35,011 nucleotides of DNA from Acidimicrobiia bacterium (GTDB taxonomy: Bacteria; Actinomycetota; Acidimicrobiia; Spongiisociales; UBA11373): NCBI GenBank assembly GCA_040878325.1, contig JBBDMM010000006.1, forward strand, positions 1-35,011. The letters run 5' to 3'. A model generated the notes under the pieces. It worked only from the letters and a program-made list of their open reading frames with translations. It made no database searches and had not been told where the DNA came from. Shown piece after piece: positions 26,683 through 35,011 of the stretch (position 1 is its first letter; each line of letters begins with the position of its first letter). Both the position numbers and the translations under genes were made by a program.

Positions 26683-26909
26683 CAGGGCACCTCATATGGA
26701 ATCGGACCGGCACCGGGCAGTACCGGGATCGGGAGGATCGATGCGCTCCGGCTCCACATCTCACGCTCGAACAGCAGCGCGAGACGCACCGGAGGTGGTG
26801 ACAGCGCCGCTCGCGCTGGACCCGCGTGCAGCATCAGCATCAGCAGACCGGCAAGGGCGATACGAGCCGTGGGGAAGCCGGCACGCCGCAGAACAACGGC
26901 GATAGGCAC
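26682..26909 (-). CDS. Small hypothetical protein with hydrophobic/signal-like N-terminus (75 aa)
   Basis: TACCTT-N6-GTG leaderless start; TGATG overlap with the next gene. Confidence 0.55.
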   Translation of the reverse strand: MPIAVVLRRAGFPTARIALAGLLMLMLHAGPARAALSPPPVRLALLFEREMWSRSASILPIPVLPGAGPIPYEVP

Positions 26910-26965
26910 ACGCGGAAGGTATGCGACTCGGGGACGAGGTTCAAGGGGGATGTAAAGCTGGCCAC

Positions 26966-27044
26966 CGCTCCGGCTCCAACCACAGCCAGACCGGCCAACC
27001 CAGGTTTGCCCCGTTCCGGCTGGGGCTGTGGCTGGAGCGGGAGC
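26966..27044. terminator. Long imperfect hairpin downstream of folK-folE
   Basis: GCTCCGGCTCCAACCACAGCC...GGCTGTGGCTGGAGCGGGAGC. Confidence 0.5.
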
Positions 27045-27052
27045 CGCCCCGA

Positions 27053-28153
27053 CTAATCCTTGATCAACTCGAGAAACTCCGCTCTCGAACTTGGGTTCTG
27101 GCGGAAACCTCCGCGCATGGCGGAGGTGACCATCGACGAGCCTTGCTTTTGGACGCCTCGCATCAGCATGCAGAAGTGGCTGCCCTCCATCACCACTGCC
27201 ACGCCATGGGGATGCAGCACGTCCTCGATGGCGTCGGCGATCTGGTTGGTGAGCCGCTCCTGAACCTGCAAGCGGCGTCCGAACAGGTCGATGATGCGGG
27301 CGATCTTGCTCAGCCCGATGATCTTCTTGTTCGGCATGTAGGCGACGTGCGCCTTGCCGAAGAAGGGCAACAGGTGGTGTTCGCAGAGCGAGTAGAACTC
27401 GACATCCTTCACCAACACCATCTCGTCGGCGTCGCTCTCGAACACGGCGCTGTTGACCACTTCGTCGAGCGTGGTCGAGTAGCCGCTCGTGAGGAAGTCG
27501 AGCGCCTTTGCCACCCGAAGCGGAGTTCGTAGCAGACCCTCCCGATGGGAGTCCTCACCGAGCCGCTCGAGGATCGCCTTCACATGCCCTTCGATCTCGG
27601 CGTCGTACACCTCGTCGCGGGAGGCCTCCATCTCGAGCTCGGTCGCATACCGGTCGTGGACCAACGGGTTCTTTGTCATAATCGACTCGATTCGCTCTCG
27701 CATCGGCCGGGCGATCGCCTCGAGGGTGTCGCCATCGGTCCCATACTCCCAGGAAGGGGCGACATCGGCTGCAGGAACCGCCAGATGGGCGTGCTCGGCG
27801 ATCGTGGGATCGGGAATCAGCGTCCCCTCGATCTCGCCCGAGAAGCCCTCGAACAGCACCACGTCGAGGTCGATGACCCTGGGCGCGAACGGTTCCCCGG
27901 TGCGACGTCGGCCCATCGCGGCCTCGATCGACCGCATGACCCCCCTCAATCCGGCGGGGTCGAGTTCGGTCTCCACCAGAGCGGCCGCGTTGAGGAAGTC
28001 GGGCTGACCCTCGGGACCGATTGCGGCGGTCCGATAGATAGGGCTGACCGCCACCACCTCGAATCCGGATTCCCGCTCGAGTCGGTCGAACGCCGCCGGG
28101 AGGTTCTGGGCGGCGTCGATGTTGCTGCCAAGCGACACGACCGCTCGGCTCAC
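27053..28153 (-). CDS. folKE: Fused HPPK (FolK) - GTP cyclohydrolase I (FolE)
   Basis: N-terminal [22 protein letters not shown] (FolK); C-terminal [40 protein letters not shown] (FolE). Confidence 0.92.
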   Translation of the reverse strand: MSRAVVSLGSNIDAAQNLPAAFDRLERESGFEVVAVSPIYRTAAIGPEGQPDFLNAAALVETELDPAGLRGVMRSIEAAMGRRRTGEPFAPRVIDLDVVLFEGFSGEIEGTLIPDPTIAEHAHLAVPAADVAPSWEYGTDGDTLEAIARPMRERIESIMTKNPLVHDRYATELEMEASRDEVYDAEIEGHVKAILERLGEDSHREGLLRTPLRVAKALDFLTSGYSTTLDEVVNSAVFESDADEMVLVKDVEFYSLCEHHLLPFFGKAHVAYMPNKKIIGLSKIARIIDLFGRRLQVQERLTNQIADAIEDVLHPHGVAVVMEGSHFCMLMRGVQKQGSSMVTSAMRGGFRQNPSSRAEFLELIKD

Positions 28154-28515
28154 GCCCCGCCCTCGCGATCACGGGTGATCACCACGCCCACCGACTCGGC
28201 GAACCGCAGCGCCCCCGGCTTGTGGACTTCGACCTCCACCTGCTCGATCCGGGAATCGAAGTCGAGGCACAGCGAGGCGATCTCTGCGGCAAGTCGCTCG
28301 ACCAGCATCGGCTTGCCGGTCTCGACATGTTCGATGATCGCCTTGGTCACCGTCCGGTAATTGATCGCGTCGGCGATGTCATCGCTCGCCGCCGCCGGCC
28401 GGGTGTCCACGGAGAGCGTCACGTCGATGATGATGTCCTGAAGGTTCTTTCGCTCCTCCGGATTGATGCCAACGATCCCCCGAACGAGCAACCCCTCGAT
28501 GACGATGCGGTCCAT
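28150..28515 (-). CDS. folB: Dihydroneopterin aldolase
   Basis: MDRI.IEGL, GI.PEER...Q, SDDI....NY, LVERLA, KPGAL. Confidence 0.93.
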   Translation of the reverse strand: MDRIVIEGLLVRGIVGINPEERKNLQDIIIDVTLSVDTRPAAASDDIADAINYRTVTKAIIEHVETGKPMLVERLAAEIASLCLDFDSRIEQVEVEVHKPGALRFAESVGVVITRDREGGA

Positions 28516-28525
28516 GGCTTCAATC

Positions 28526-28638
28526 TACGCGATACGCGATACGCGATACGCGATACGAAGGAACGCGAACCCTGGCCTGGAACGCGCTCTGTCGAATTGC
28601 GAATCGCGAATTGCGAATCGCGAATCACGAATTGCGGG
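28526..28638. repeat. Inverted heptamer-arm element (GATACGC / GCGAATT type)
   Basis: (GATACGC)x~4, spacer, then (CGAATTG/CGAATCG)x~6. Confidence 0.85.
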
Positions 28639-28655
28639 CCGAGCGTCCGCGAGGC

Positions 28656-29378
28656 CTACCTCAGGTGCGCTCCCCCATCCACTCTCAGTATCTCGCCGGT
28701 GATGAAGTCGTTGCGGAGGAGGAACAGGACGGCCTCGACCACTGGATCGGTTCCACCGACGTGCTCGACCGGGATCTCGTTGGCCAACTCCTTGAGATAC
28801 GCCGAGCCCTTGCCGGGCGGGGGAAGAATCGCCCCCAGGGCCACCGCGTTCACCCGGATGCGGGGGGCCAGCGCCTCGGCGGCGCCAACCGTGAAGGTGT
28901 CGATACCGCCCTTCGACACTGTGTAGGAGAAGTGATTGCCGTACGGGCGCTGGGTGCGCCAGTCCGTCAGGTTGACCACTGCCCCTTGTCGATCGTCCGG
29001 TAGCGCTCGAGCGAACGCCGCGGTCAGGAGAATCGGCGCTCGAAGGTTGACTGCGATCGTGTGATCGAACGTATCCGGCGCGATGTCGAGAATCGTGTCG
29101 ACAGGAAACCCTGCGGCGCTGTTGATCAGAATCTCGACAGGCGCCAGCTCGGCCGCCCCGGCCATTGCCCGGGCGGCATCGGCCACGAGATCTGCCCTGA
29201 CCAGCACCACTTGGGCGCCTAATGCTCGGGCTTCCGCCGCGGTGGCCTCGGCTTCACCGGCAGAGGTGTTGTAGTGAAGCACGAGGTTGCAACCCGCTCG
29301 AGCGAGTCCGAGGACGATCGCCTTGCCGACCCGCTTCGCCCCGCCGGTGACAAGGGCTGTCTTTCCCTGGAGGTCCAT
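28656..29378 (-). CDS. SDR oxidoreductase, pteridine reductase (FolM/PTR1)-like
   Basis: TGGAKRVG (Arg in the Gly motif as in PTR1/FolM), HY..S, YTVSK, APRIRVNAVALG, VDGG; next to folB. Confidence 0.8.
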   Translation of the reverse strand: MDLQGKTALVTGGAKRVGKAIVLGLARAGCNLVLHYNTSAGEAEATAAEARALGAQVVLVRADLVADAARAMAGAAELAPVEILINSAAGFPVDTILDIAPDTFDHTIAVNLRAPILLTAAFARALPDDRQGAVVNLTDWRTQRPYGNHFSYTVSKGGIDTFTVGAAEALAPRIRVNAVALGAILPPPGKGSAYLKELANEIPVEHVGGTDPVVEAVLFLLRNDFITGEILRVDGGAHLR

Positions 29379-29564
29379 GGCCGGGGAGGGTAATAGCCCG
29401 CCTCCGGCGGCCTTCCGCCATCCGCCTTCCGCCTTCCGTAAGAGAGGCCCTGATCCCTACGCCGCATAGTCAAGGTTTCGCCCATCGCCGGGCCGAGCGA
29501 AGCGAGGCGTATCGCCGCCCGGCGCGCGCCGGCCCAACTCCAAGACACGACTACCGTTTCGGTC

Positions 29565-30167
29565 GTGACGAGTGCCGATCCCAGGCATGGCCGTTGGATC
29601 CTGCCGCTGATGATTGCGGCGATGGTCGTGCTCACCTACACGTTCGTGAACAACATCGAGCCCGCGGCGAGCCCATCGGGCACGACGCTGGCCGGTGGTT
29701 CGACTGTGACCAGCGGTCCCGAGACGTCGACTACAACCCTGCCGCAAGAACTGGCGGCCTTCATGGTCACGGTCGATATTCTCGAGAACCAGGCCATCGA
29801 GTACGGAGCAGAGGTCGACCGAATCAACACCGATTGGGACAATCGCGACGCCCAATTTGCCGAGACCCGCACGGCCTTCGTCGATCTCGCTGCCGAGATC
29901 GAGGGCTGGGAGACCGATGTCGCCCTGGTGTCCAACATTCCCCCGGTTCTCGCGGCGTCACACGCCGCCCTCCTGGCCGAGGTGTCCGACCTGGCTCCAA
30001 AGATGACCGACATCATCGCCGGACTCGACTTTGACGACGACGGGACACTCCGCAGGGCGGCGACCGCAGAATTCCAAGCCGAGATCCAACAGGTTCTCGA
30101 CGCCATCGAGACGATTCGGGAGACGGCACGCGCCAGCGTGACGCCGACCACCGACGCGGACGCCTAG
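29565..30167 (+). CDS. Hypothetical membrane-anchored helical protein
   Basis: N-terminal TM, Thr/Ser-rich linker, acidic helical domain; TACCGT-N7-GTG. Confidence 0.75.
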   Translation: MTSADPRHGRWILPLMIAAMVVLTYTFVNNIEPAASPSGTTLAGGSTVTSGPETSTTTLPQELAAFMVTVDILENQAIEYGAEVDRINTDWDNRDAQFAETRTAFVDLAAEIEGWETDVALVSNIPPVLAASHAALLAEVSDLAPKMTDIIAGLDFDDDGTLRRAATAEFQAEIQQVLDAIETIRETARASVTPTTDADA

Positions 30168-30184
30168 GGCCGCCCTTCGGACGG

Positions 30185-30323
30185 CCCGCAATTCGCAATT
30201 CGCAATTCGCAATTCGACCGAACAGCCGAACGTTGCGCACGCGATCTCCGTCTCATCCTTGGGCCGAGCGAAGCGAGACCCCTCCGTCGTATCGCGCATC
30301 GCGTGTTGCGAATCGCGGGAGGT
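30185..30323. repeat. Inverted heptamer-arm element with GAGCGAAGCGAG core
   Basis: (GCAATTC)x4 ... GAGCGAAGCGAGACC ... CGTATCGCG ... GCGGGAGGT. Confidence 0.8.
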
Positions 30324-30377
30324 CGGGTTGGCGGCCGGCTTCGGCCGCTAAACCGACCGACCCCTTAGGATGCGCGG

Positions 30378-31523
30378 ATGCCCCGGCTCCTCGTTGTCAT
30401 CGCCATCGCCGCGGCAACTCTTGTTCCATCGGGACCATCAGAGGCCTCCAGCACCGGGGTCACCGCGTGGGAACAATGGGTCATCTATGAGATCAATCGG
30501 GCCCGCTGGAACCCTGGGCAATACGCCGCGGAGACTGGGATCTCGATCCCCCAACTCGGAGCCCTGCCGCCGCTCGCGCTGAGCCAGCACCTTGACGCCT
30601 CGGCGGATTTCAAGGCGATCGAAATGGCGGGAACTCCCTATTTCGCCCACCAACACCCGTTGACCATGGAATGGCCGAACGAACTGGTCCGGAGCCACCT
30701 TTTTCCGCTCCCGAGCTTCATTCTCGACAACGCCAACAATGTCGAGGCCATTTGGGGAGGAAGCGGTGGATGGCCCAGCGTCGCCACCTTCCTCGAGTCG
30801 CCAAACCATCGCGATGCCCTCTTCGGCGCGTCCGGTCACTGGTGGTGGGAGTCCGTCAATCAGGTCGGGGTCGGTCGGGCCGAGTCGGGCGGGCAACGGC
30901 GAGTTGCAGTCCACGTCGCCCGCACCGATCCACTCAAGACCTTCGTGACCGGGGTCGCCTATGCCGATGCGAACGGGAACGGCCGCATGGACCTCAACGA
31001 GGGCCTCGCCGGGGTGACGATCACCGTCGGCAACACCACCGCGCTCACCAACGCCGGCGGGGGCTACTCGATCGCGGTACAGCCAGGGACGACGTCGGTG
31101 AAGGCATCGGGCCCAGGATTCGCCGGGGCCCCGACCGCCAGCATTCATGTGGACCAATTCAACGTTGGTGTCGACTTCATTTCCGGCGTCCCCACCCCCG
31201 AGGTGCGAGCATTTGCCAAGTGCGACGGAGCCCGCCCGACGATCATGGGCACCGCCGCCAGCGAGGCGATCCGTGGCACCTCCGCCGACGACATCATCCA
31301 TGGCCTCGATGCCAGCGACCGGATCTGGGGATACGCCGGCGACGACACGATCTGCGGTGGGAAGGGCAAGGACCGCCTCCGCGGAGGCTCAGGCAATGAC
31401 GACCTGTTCGGCGGCAACGGCAAGGACCAACTCTTCGGCGGACTAGGCACCAATCACCTGGACGGCGGAAACGGCACCAAGGACAAGTGCCTCCAAGGCA
31501 ACAAGGTCCGCTGCGAGGTGTAG
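30378..31523 (+). CDS. Secreted protein: CAP/SCP domain + Ig-like/SdrD-B-like domain + RTX-type Ca-binding repeats
   Basis: Signal peptide; INRAR, YFAH, SPNHR (CAP); DANGNG.MD..EGLAGVTI; GGxGxDxLx nonapeptides. Confidence 0.85.
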   Translation: MPRLLVVIAIAAATLVPSGPSEASSTGVTAWEQWVIYEINRARWNPGQYAAETGISIPQLGALPPLALSQHLDASADFKAIEMAGTPYFAHQHPLTMEWPNELVRSHLFPLPSFILDNANNVEAIWGGSGGWPSVATFLESPNHRDALFGASGHWWWESVNQVGVGRAESGGQRRVAVHVARTDPLKTFVTGVAYADANGNGRMDLNEGLAGVTITVGNTTALTNAGGGYSIAVQPGTTSVKASGPGFAGAPTASIHVDQFNVGVDFISGVPTPEVRAFAKCDGARPTIMGTAASEAIRGTSADDIIHGLDASDRIWGYAGDDTICGGKGKDRLRGGSGNDDLFGGNGKDQLFGGLGTNHLDGGNGTKDKCLQGNKVRCEV

Positions 31524-31538
31524 GCGCCCGGCAGGCGG

Positions 31539-31665
31539 CCGCAATTCGCAATTCGCGATACGCAATTCGACAGAAACGCCGGACCTCCGAAACGCCCCCA
31601 TCGCTCTTTCGTGGCGAGCGAAGCGAGACCTTCCGGCGTATCGCGAATTGCGAATTGCGGGAGGT
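31539..31665. repeat. Inverted heptamer-arm element with GAGCGAAGCGAG core (direct-orientation relative of 30185-30323)
   Basis: CCGCAATTCGCAATTCGCGATACGCAATTCGAC ... GAGCGAAGCGAGACC ... CGTATCGCGAATTGCGAATTGCGGGAGGT. Confidence 0.8.
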
Positions 31666-31739
<74 letters not shown>

Positions 31740-31743
31740 ACTC

Positions 31744-33165
31744 TCAACAGTCGTAATACAGCCGGAACTCCCAGGGGTGGGGGCGGAGGCGGATGGCGTC
31801 GACCTCGCGTAGCCGCTTGTAGCTGATCCAGTCCTCGAGCAAGCCCTCGGTGAACACGTCGCCGGCGAGCAGGAACTCGTGGTCGGCTTCCAGCGCGGCC
31901 AGTGATTCCTCCAACGAGCCTGGCACCGAAGGCACCTTGGCCAGCTCCTCCGGGGGCAGGTCGTACAGGTCCTTGTCGACCGGGGCGCCGGGGTCCAGCT
32001 TTCGGGCGATTCCGTCGAGGCCGGCCATCAGCATCGCCGCAAAGGCGAGGTGGGCGTTCGCCGACGGGTCGGGGCACCGGAACTCGAGCCGCTTGAGGGC
32101 AGGCTTGCGGCTGTAGACCGGGATCCGCACCGCCGCCGACCGGTTCCGCTGGCTGTAGACCAGGTTCACCGGCGCCTCATACCCTGGAACCAGCCGTCGG
32201 TACGAGTTGGTGGTCGGGGCAGCGAAGGCCAACAGCGCGGCGGCGTGGGTCAACAGGCCGCCGATGTAGTGCCGAGCCATGTCGGACAAGCCGGCGTAGC
32301 CCTTCTCGTCGTAGAACAGGGGCTTGCCGTCGAGCCACAGGCTCTGGTGAACATGCATCCCCGAGCCGTTGTCCTGGAAGATCGGCTTCGGCATGAACGT
32401 GACCGTTTTGCCGTAGAGGGTGGCGGTGTTCTTGACGATGTACTTGAACATCGTCACCTTGTCGGCTGTTGCCAACAGCGAACCGTAACGGATGTCGATC
32501 TCGGCCTGGCCCGCAGTACCCACCTCGTGATGCTGCACTTCGACGTCGATGCCGGCGTCGATCAGGCGTGCCGCCATTTCGGACCGCAGATCCTGAAAGT
32601 GATCGGTGGGAGGCACCGGGAAGTAGCCCTCCTTGTATCCCGGCTTGTAGCCGAGGTTCCCCCCGGGCTCGTCGGCGCCGGTATTCCAGGCCCCCTCGAC
32701 CGAGTCGACCTCGTAGAAGCCGGAGAACTGGTTCTGATCGAACCTCACCGAGTCGAGGATGTAGAACTCGGCCTCCGGTCCCCAGTAGGACACATCGGCC
32801 AGACCGGTGGACTTGAGGTAGGCCTCCGCCTTCTGGGCGATGAAGCGCGGGTCCTTCTCATAGGGCTGGCCGGTGACCGGATCACGGACCCAGCAGTAAA
32901 GGATCAGGGTGCGTCGATCGCGGAACGTGTCTTCGACCGCGGTGTCCGGGTCGGGGACGAGCAGCATGTCCGACTCCTGGATCTCCTGGAAGCCGCGAAT
33001 CGAGGAGCCGTCGAATCCGAACCCCTCGGTGAACGCCTCCTCGTCGACCTGGCTCACCGGAACCGTGAAGTGCTGCACCTGGCCGGGGAGGTCGATGAAC
33101 CTGAGATCGACGAACTCGTACGCGCCTTCCGCCAGCATCTTCACCACGTCTTTGGGTGACGCCAT
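31744..33165 (-). CDS. glnA: Glutamine synthetase type I (GSI-beta, adenylylatable)
   Basis: [19 protein letters not shown]...[39 protein letters not shown] adenylylation site; SD GGAG. Confidence 0.96.
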   Translation of the reverse strand: MASPKDVVKMLAEGAYEFVDLRFIDLPGQVQHFTVPVSQVDEEAFTEGFGFDGSSIRGFQEIQESDMLLVPDPDTAVEDTFRDRRTLILYCWVRDPVTGQPYEKDPRFIAQKAEAYLKSTGLADVSYWGPEAEFYILDSVRFDQNQFSGFYEVDSVEGAWNTGADEPGGNLGYKPGYKEGYFPVPPTDHFQDLRSEMAARLIDAGIDVEVQHHEVGTAGQAEIDIRYGSLLATADKVTMFKYIVKNTATLYGKTVTFMPKPIFQDNGSGMHVHQSLWLDGKPLFYDEKGYAGLSDMARHYIGGLLTHAAALLAFAAPTTNSYRRLVPGYEAPVNLVYSQRNRSAAVRIPVYSRKPALKRLEFRCPDPSANAHLAFAAMLMAGLDGIARKLDPGAPVDKDLYDLPPEELAKVPSVPGSLEESLAALEADHEFLLAGDVFTEGLLEDWISYKRLREVDAIRLRPHPWEFRLYYDC

Positions 33166-33216
33166 TGACCGACTCCTTCCGTTCCCTGGTGCGACGAGCC
33201 TTTGTAGTTCAAGCTC

Positions 33217-33254
33217 GTTTCCCGACGGTTGCCGATGTGTGAACACTCTGTTTC
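33217..33254 (-). promoter_or_regulatory. Tandem GlnR-type boxes upstream of glnA
   Basis: Minus strand GAAAC-n6-TTCAC-n6-GCAAC-n6-GAAAC (11-bp periodic), resembling the actinobacterial gTnAC-n6-GaAAc consensus. Confidence 0.75.
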
Positions 33255-33316
33255 GTGCCCGCCCCCACCTTCTCAACCGGAGGCGCCCCCCGTACGATGA
33301 CCCGCCGGGAGGTCAA

Positions 33317-34645
33317 ATGGGCAAGCAAGAGGAATACGTTCTCCGCACCGTCGAAGAGCGCGGCATTCGCTTCATCCGGCTGTGGTTCACCGATGTCCTC
33401 GGGTTCCTCAAGTCGTTCGCCATCACCCCCGCCGAGCTGGAGACCGCGTTCGACGAGGGAATGCAGTTCGACGGCTCGGCGATCAATGGATTCTCCCGGG
33501 TGCAGGAGGCGGACATGCTGGCGCACCCGGACCCGACCACCTTTCAGATCCTCCCCTGGCGTTCGGACCAGGCGGGGGTGGCCCGGATGTTCTGCAACAT
33601 CACCACTCCTGACAACGAGCAATTCGAGGGCGATCCCCGGTCGGTGCTGCAACGCAACCTGCAGCGAGCGGCCGACCTGGGCTACTCGTTCATGGTGGGG
33701 CCCGAGGTGGAGTACTTCTACTTCGCCGACGCGGGGCCGGTGCCGCAGACCCTCGACCGCGGCGGCTACTTCGACCTGACCCCCCTCGACGTCGCCCAGG
33801 AGTACCGGCGCCGGACGATCATGGCCCTCGAAAATCTCGGTATCCCGGTGGAAGCCTCACATCACGAGGTCGCCCCCAGCCAGCACGAGCTCGACCTGCG
33901 GTACACGGATGCCCTCACCATGGCCGACAGCTTCATGACCACCCGACTGGCGGTGAAGGAGGTGGCCATGGAGCACGGGATCCATGCCACCTTCATGCCC
34001 AAGCCGATCGAAGCAGTCGACGGCAGCGGGCTCCACCTTCACCTGTCGCTGTTCGAAGGCGACCGCAACGCGTTCCACGAGGCCGGGGCGGAGTATGGGC
34101 TGTCGAAAGTCGCCAGGGGCTTCATCGCCGGGCTGCTCCACCACGGACGGGAGATCACCGCGGTCACCAACCAGTGGGTGAATTCCTACAAGCGGTTGGT
34201 GTCGGGGTTCGACGCCCCGGTGTGGATCACCTGGGCCCGCAACAACCAGTCGGCGCTGGTGCGGGTGCCGACGCCGAAGAAGGGCAAGCCGGCAAGCACG
34301 CGCATCGAATACCGATCCCCCGACCCGGCTTGCAACCCGTACCTGGCGTTCTCGGTGATCCTCGCCGCCGGCCTCGCCGGGATCGAGGGCAATTACGACC
34401 TTCCGCCGGAAGTGGCATCGAACGTCAAGGGCATCACCCCGGAAGAACTGGCGGCAAACGGGGTCAATCGAATCCCCGACAACCTGGCCTCGGCGCTCGA
34501 CGCCATGGAGGGCTCGGAACTGGTTGCCGAGGCATTGGGCGAGCACCTGTTCGAGTGGTTCCTGCGGAACAAACGTGTCGAATGGGACAGATACCAGCGT
34601 CACGTGAGCCGGTACGAACTCGAGGAGTACCTGCCGATCCTCTAG
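33317..34645 (+). CDS. glnA2: Glutamine synthetase family protein, GlnA2-like
   Basis: IRFIRLWFTDVLGFLKS, FDGSAI, HHEVAPSQHE, FMPKP, NSYKRL; no NLYDLP adenylylation motif; SD GGAGG. Confidence 0.88.
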   Translation: MGKQEEYVLRTVEERGIRFIRLWFTDVLGFLKSFAITPAELETAFDEGMQFDGSAINGFSRVQEADMLAHPDPTTFQILPWRSDQAGVARMFCNITTPDNEQFEGDPRSVLQRNLQRAADLGYSFMVGPEVEYFYFADAGPVPQTLDRGGYFDLTPLDVAQEYRRRTIMALENLGIPVEASHHEVAPSQHELDLRYTDALTMADSFMTTRLAVKEVAMEHGIHATFMPKPIEAVDGSGLHLHLSLFEGDRNAFHEAGAEYGLSKVARGFIAGLLHHGREITAVTNQWVNSYKRLVSGFDAPVWITWARNNQSALVRVPTPKKGKPASTRIEYRSPDPACNPYLAFSVILAAGLAGIEGNYDLPPEVASNVKGITPEELAANGVNRIPDNLASALDAMEGSELVAEALGEHLFEWFLRNKRVEWDRYQRHVSRYELEEYLPIL

Positions 34646-34740
34646 ATCCCGCCGCTCGACACGGGGTCCCGGCGAGAGAAACAGTTGACGCACCGCCGTA
34701 GGAAGCCGACAGTCATTTACAGTCGACCCTGAGATACCAA

Positions 34741-35011
34741 ATGCACGCTGCCGTCTACCCCCTCCAGCCTTCCGCCGAGTTGCTGCGCGGCCTGGCCGAC
34801 GCCGGTTTCAGGGCGACGCCGGTGGCTGATGCAGCCGCGGTCGCCGAATCCGCACCGGAAGAAGGATGGTCGCTGATCGTCGTGGAACTCGGCGACGATC
34901 AGCTCGCCGGACTGGCCGCCTCCCGGCGCATCCGCGACGAGGGCTCGGCTCCCGTCCTAGTCGTCATCCCGCGACCCGTATCCCTCGATCTGGCGGGGGG
35001 CGACTTCGACG
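34741..35011 (+). CDS. Response regulator receiver-like N-terminus (possibly GlnR-like), truncated by the window end
   Basis: Open from ATG 34741: MHAAVYPLQPSAELLRGLADAGF...WSLIVVEL...RRIRDEGSAPVLVV; alpha/beta receiver pattern; not in the ORF track. Confidence 0.6.
   Translation, partial: MHAAVYPLQPSAELLRGLADAGFRATPVADAAAVAESAPEEGWSLIVVELGDDQLAGLAASRRIRDEGSAPVLVVIPRPVSLDLAGGDFD

Noticed and set aside
28526..31665. CRISPR array
   Set aside because: The repeats are tandem 7-mers in inverted arms, not 25-40-bp repeats with unique spacers; no cas genes
32909..33316. N-terminal extensions of glnA2 (from 32909) and glnA (from 33276)
   Set aside because: They overlap the opposite gene or the promoter; SD-supported starts are at 33317 and 33165

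Overview
High-GC bacterial contig, most consistent with an actinobacterium of the Acidimicrobiia type (inferred from gene content and leaderless promoters). It is scaffolded, with two 10-N gaps flanked by poly-G/C. From left to right: a tRNA-Glu/Asp/Phe cluster; an S41 lipoprotein peptidase; a minus-strand Mau-like cluster (Tat-exported 24-Cys protein fused to GDWDGDG repeats, MauD-like thioredoxin, membrane protein, hypothetical, SAM methyltransferase, MauE); DUF1992 and hypothetical genes; Leu/Val dehydrogenase plus a fused E1 alpha/beta 2-oxoacid dehydrogenase; a GNAT; an EamA transporter; a LiaF-like protein; glcDEF; a 1278-aa SARP/STAND/TPR regulator with an extra C-terminal HTH; hydantoinase/oxoprolinase A and B; Nfu_N; a pterin cluster (pteridine reductase-like SDR, folB, folK-folE fusion); a secreted CAP/RTX protein; divergent glnA/glnA2 with GlnR boxes; and the start of a response regulator. 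The most notable signal is in the Mau-like cluster. Its membrane protein gene has an in-frame UGA in a WSP*G motif (Cys expected), followed by a SECIS-like hairpin, making it a candidate selenoprotein. The cluster lacks MauB and MauG. Intergenic regions carry inverted heptamer-array repeat elements and a candidate structured ncRNA. All family assignments come from motif recognition by eye; no searches were run.
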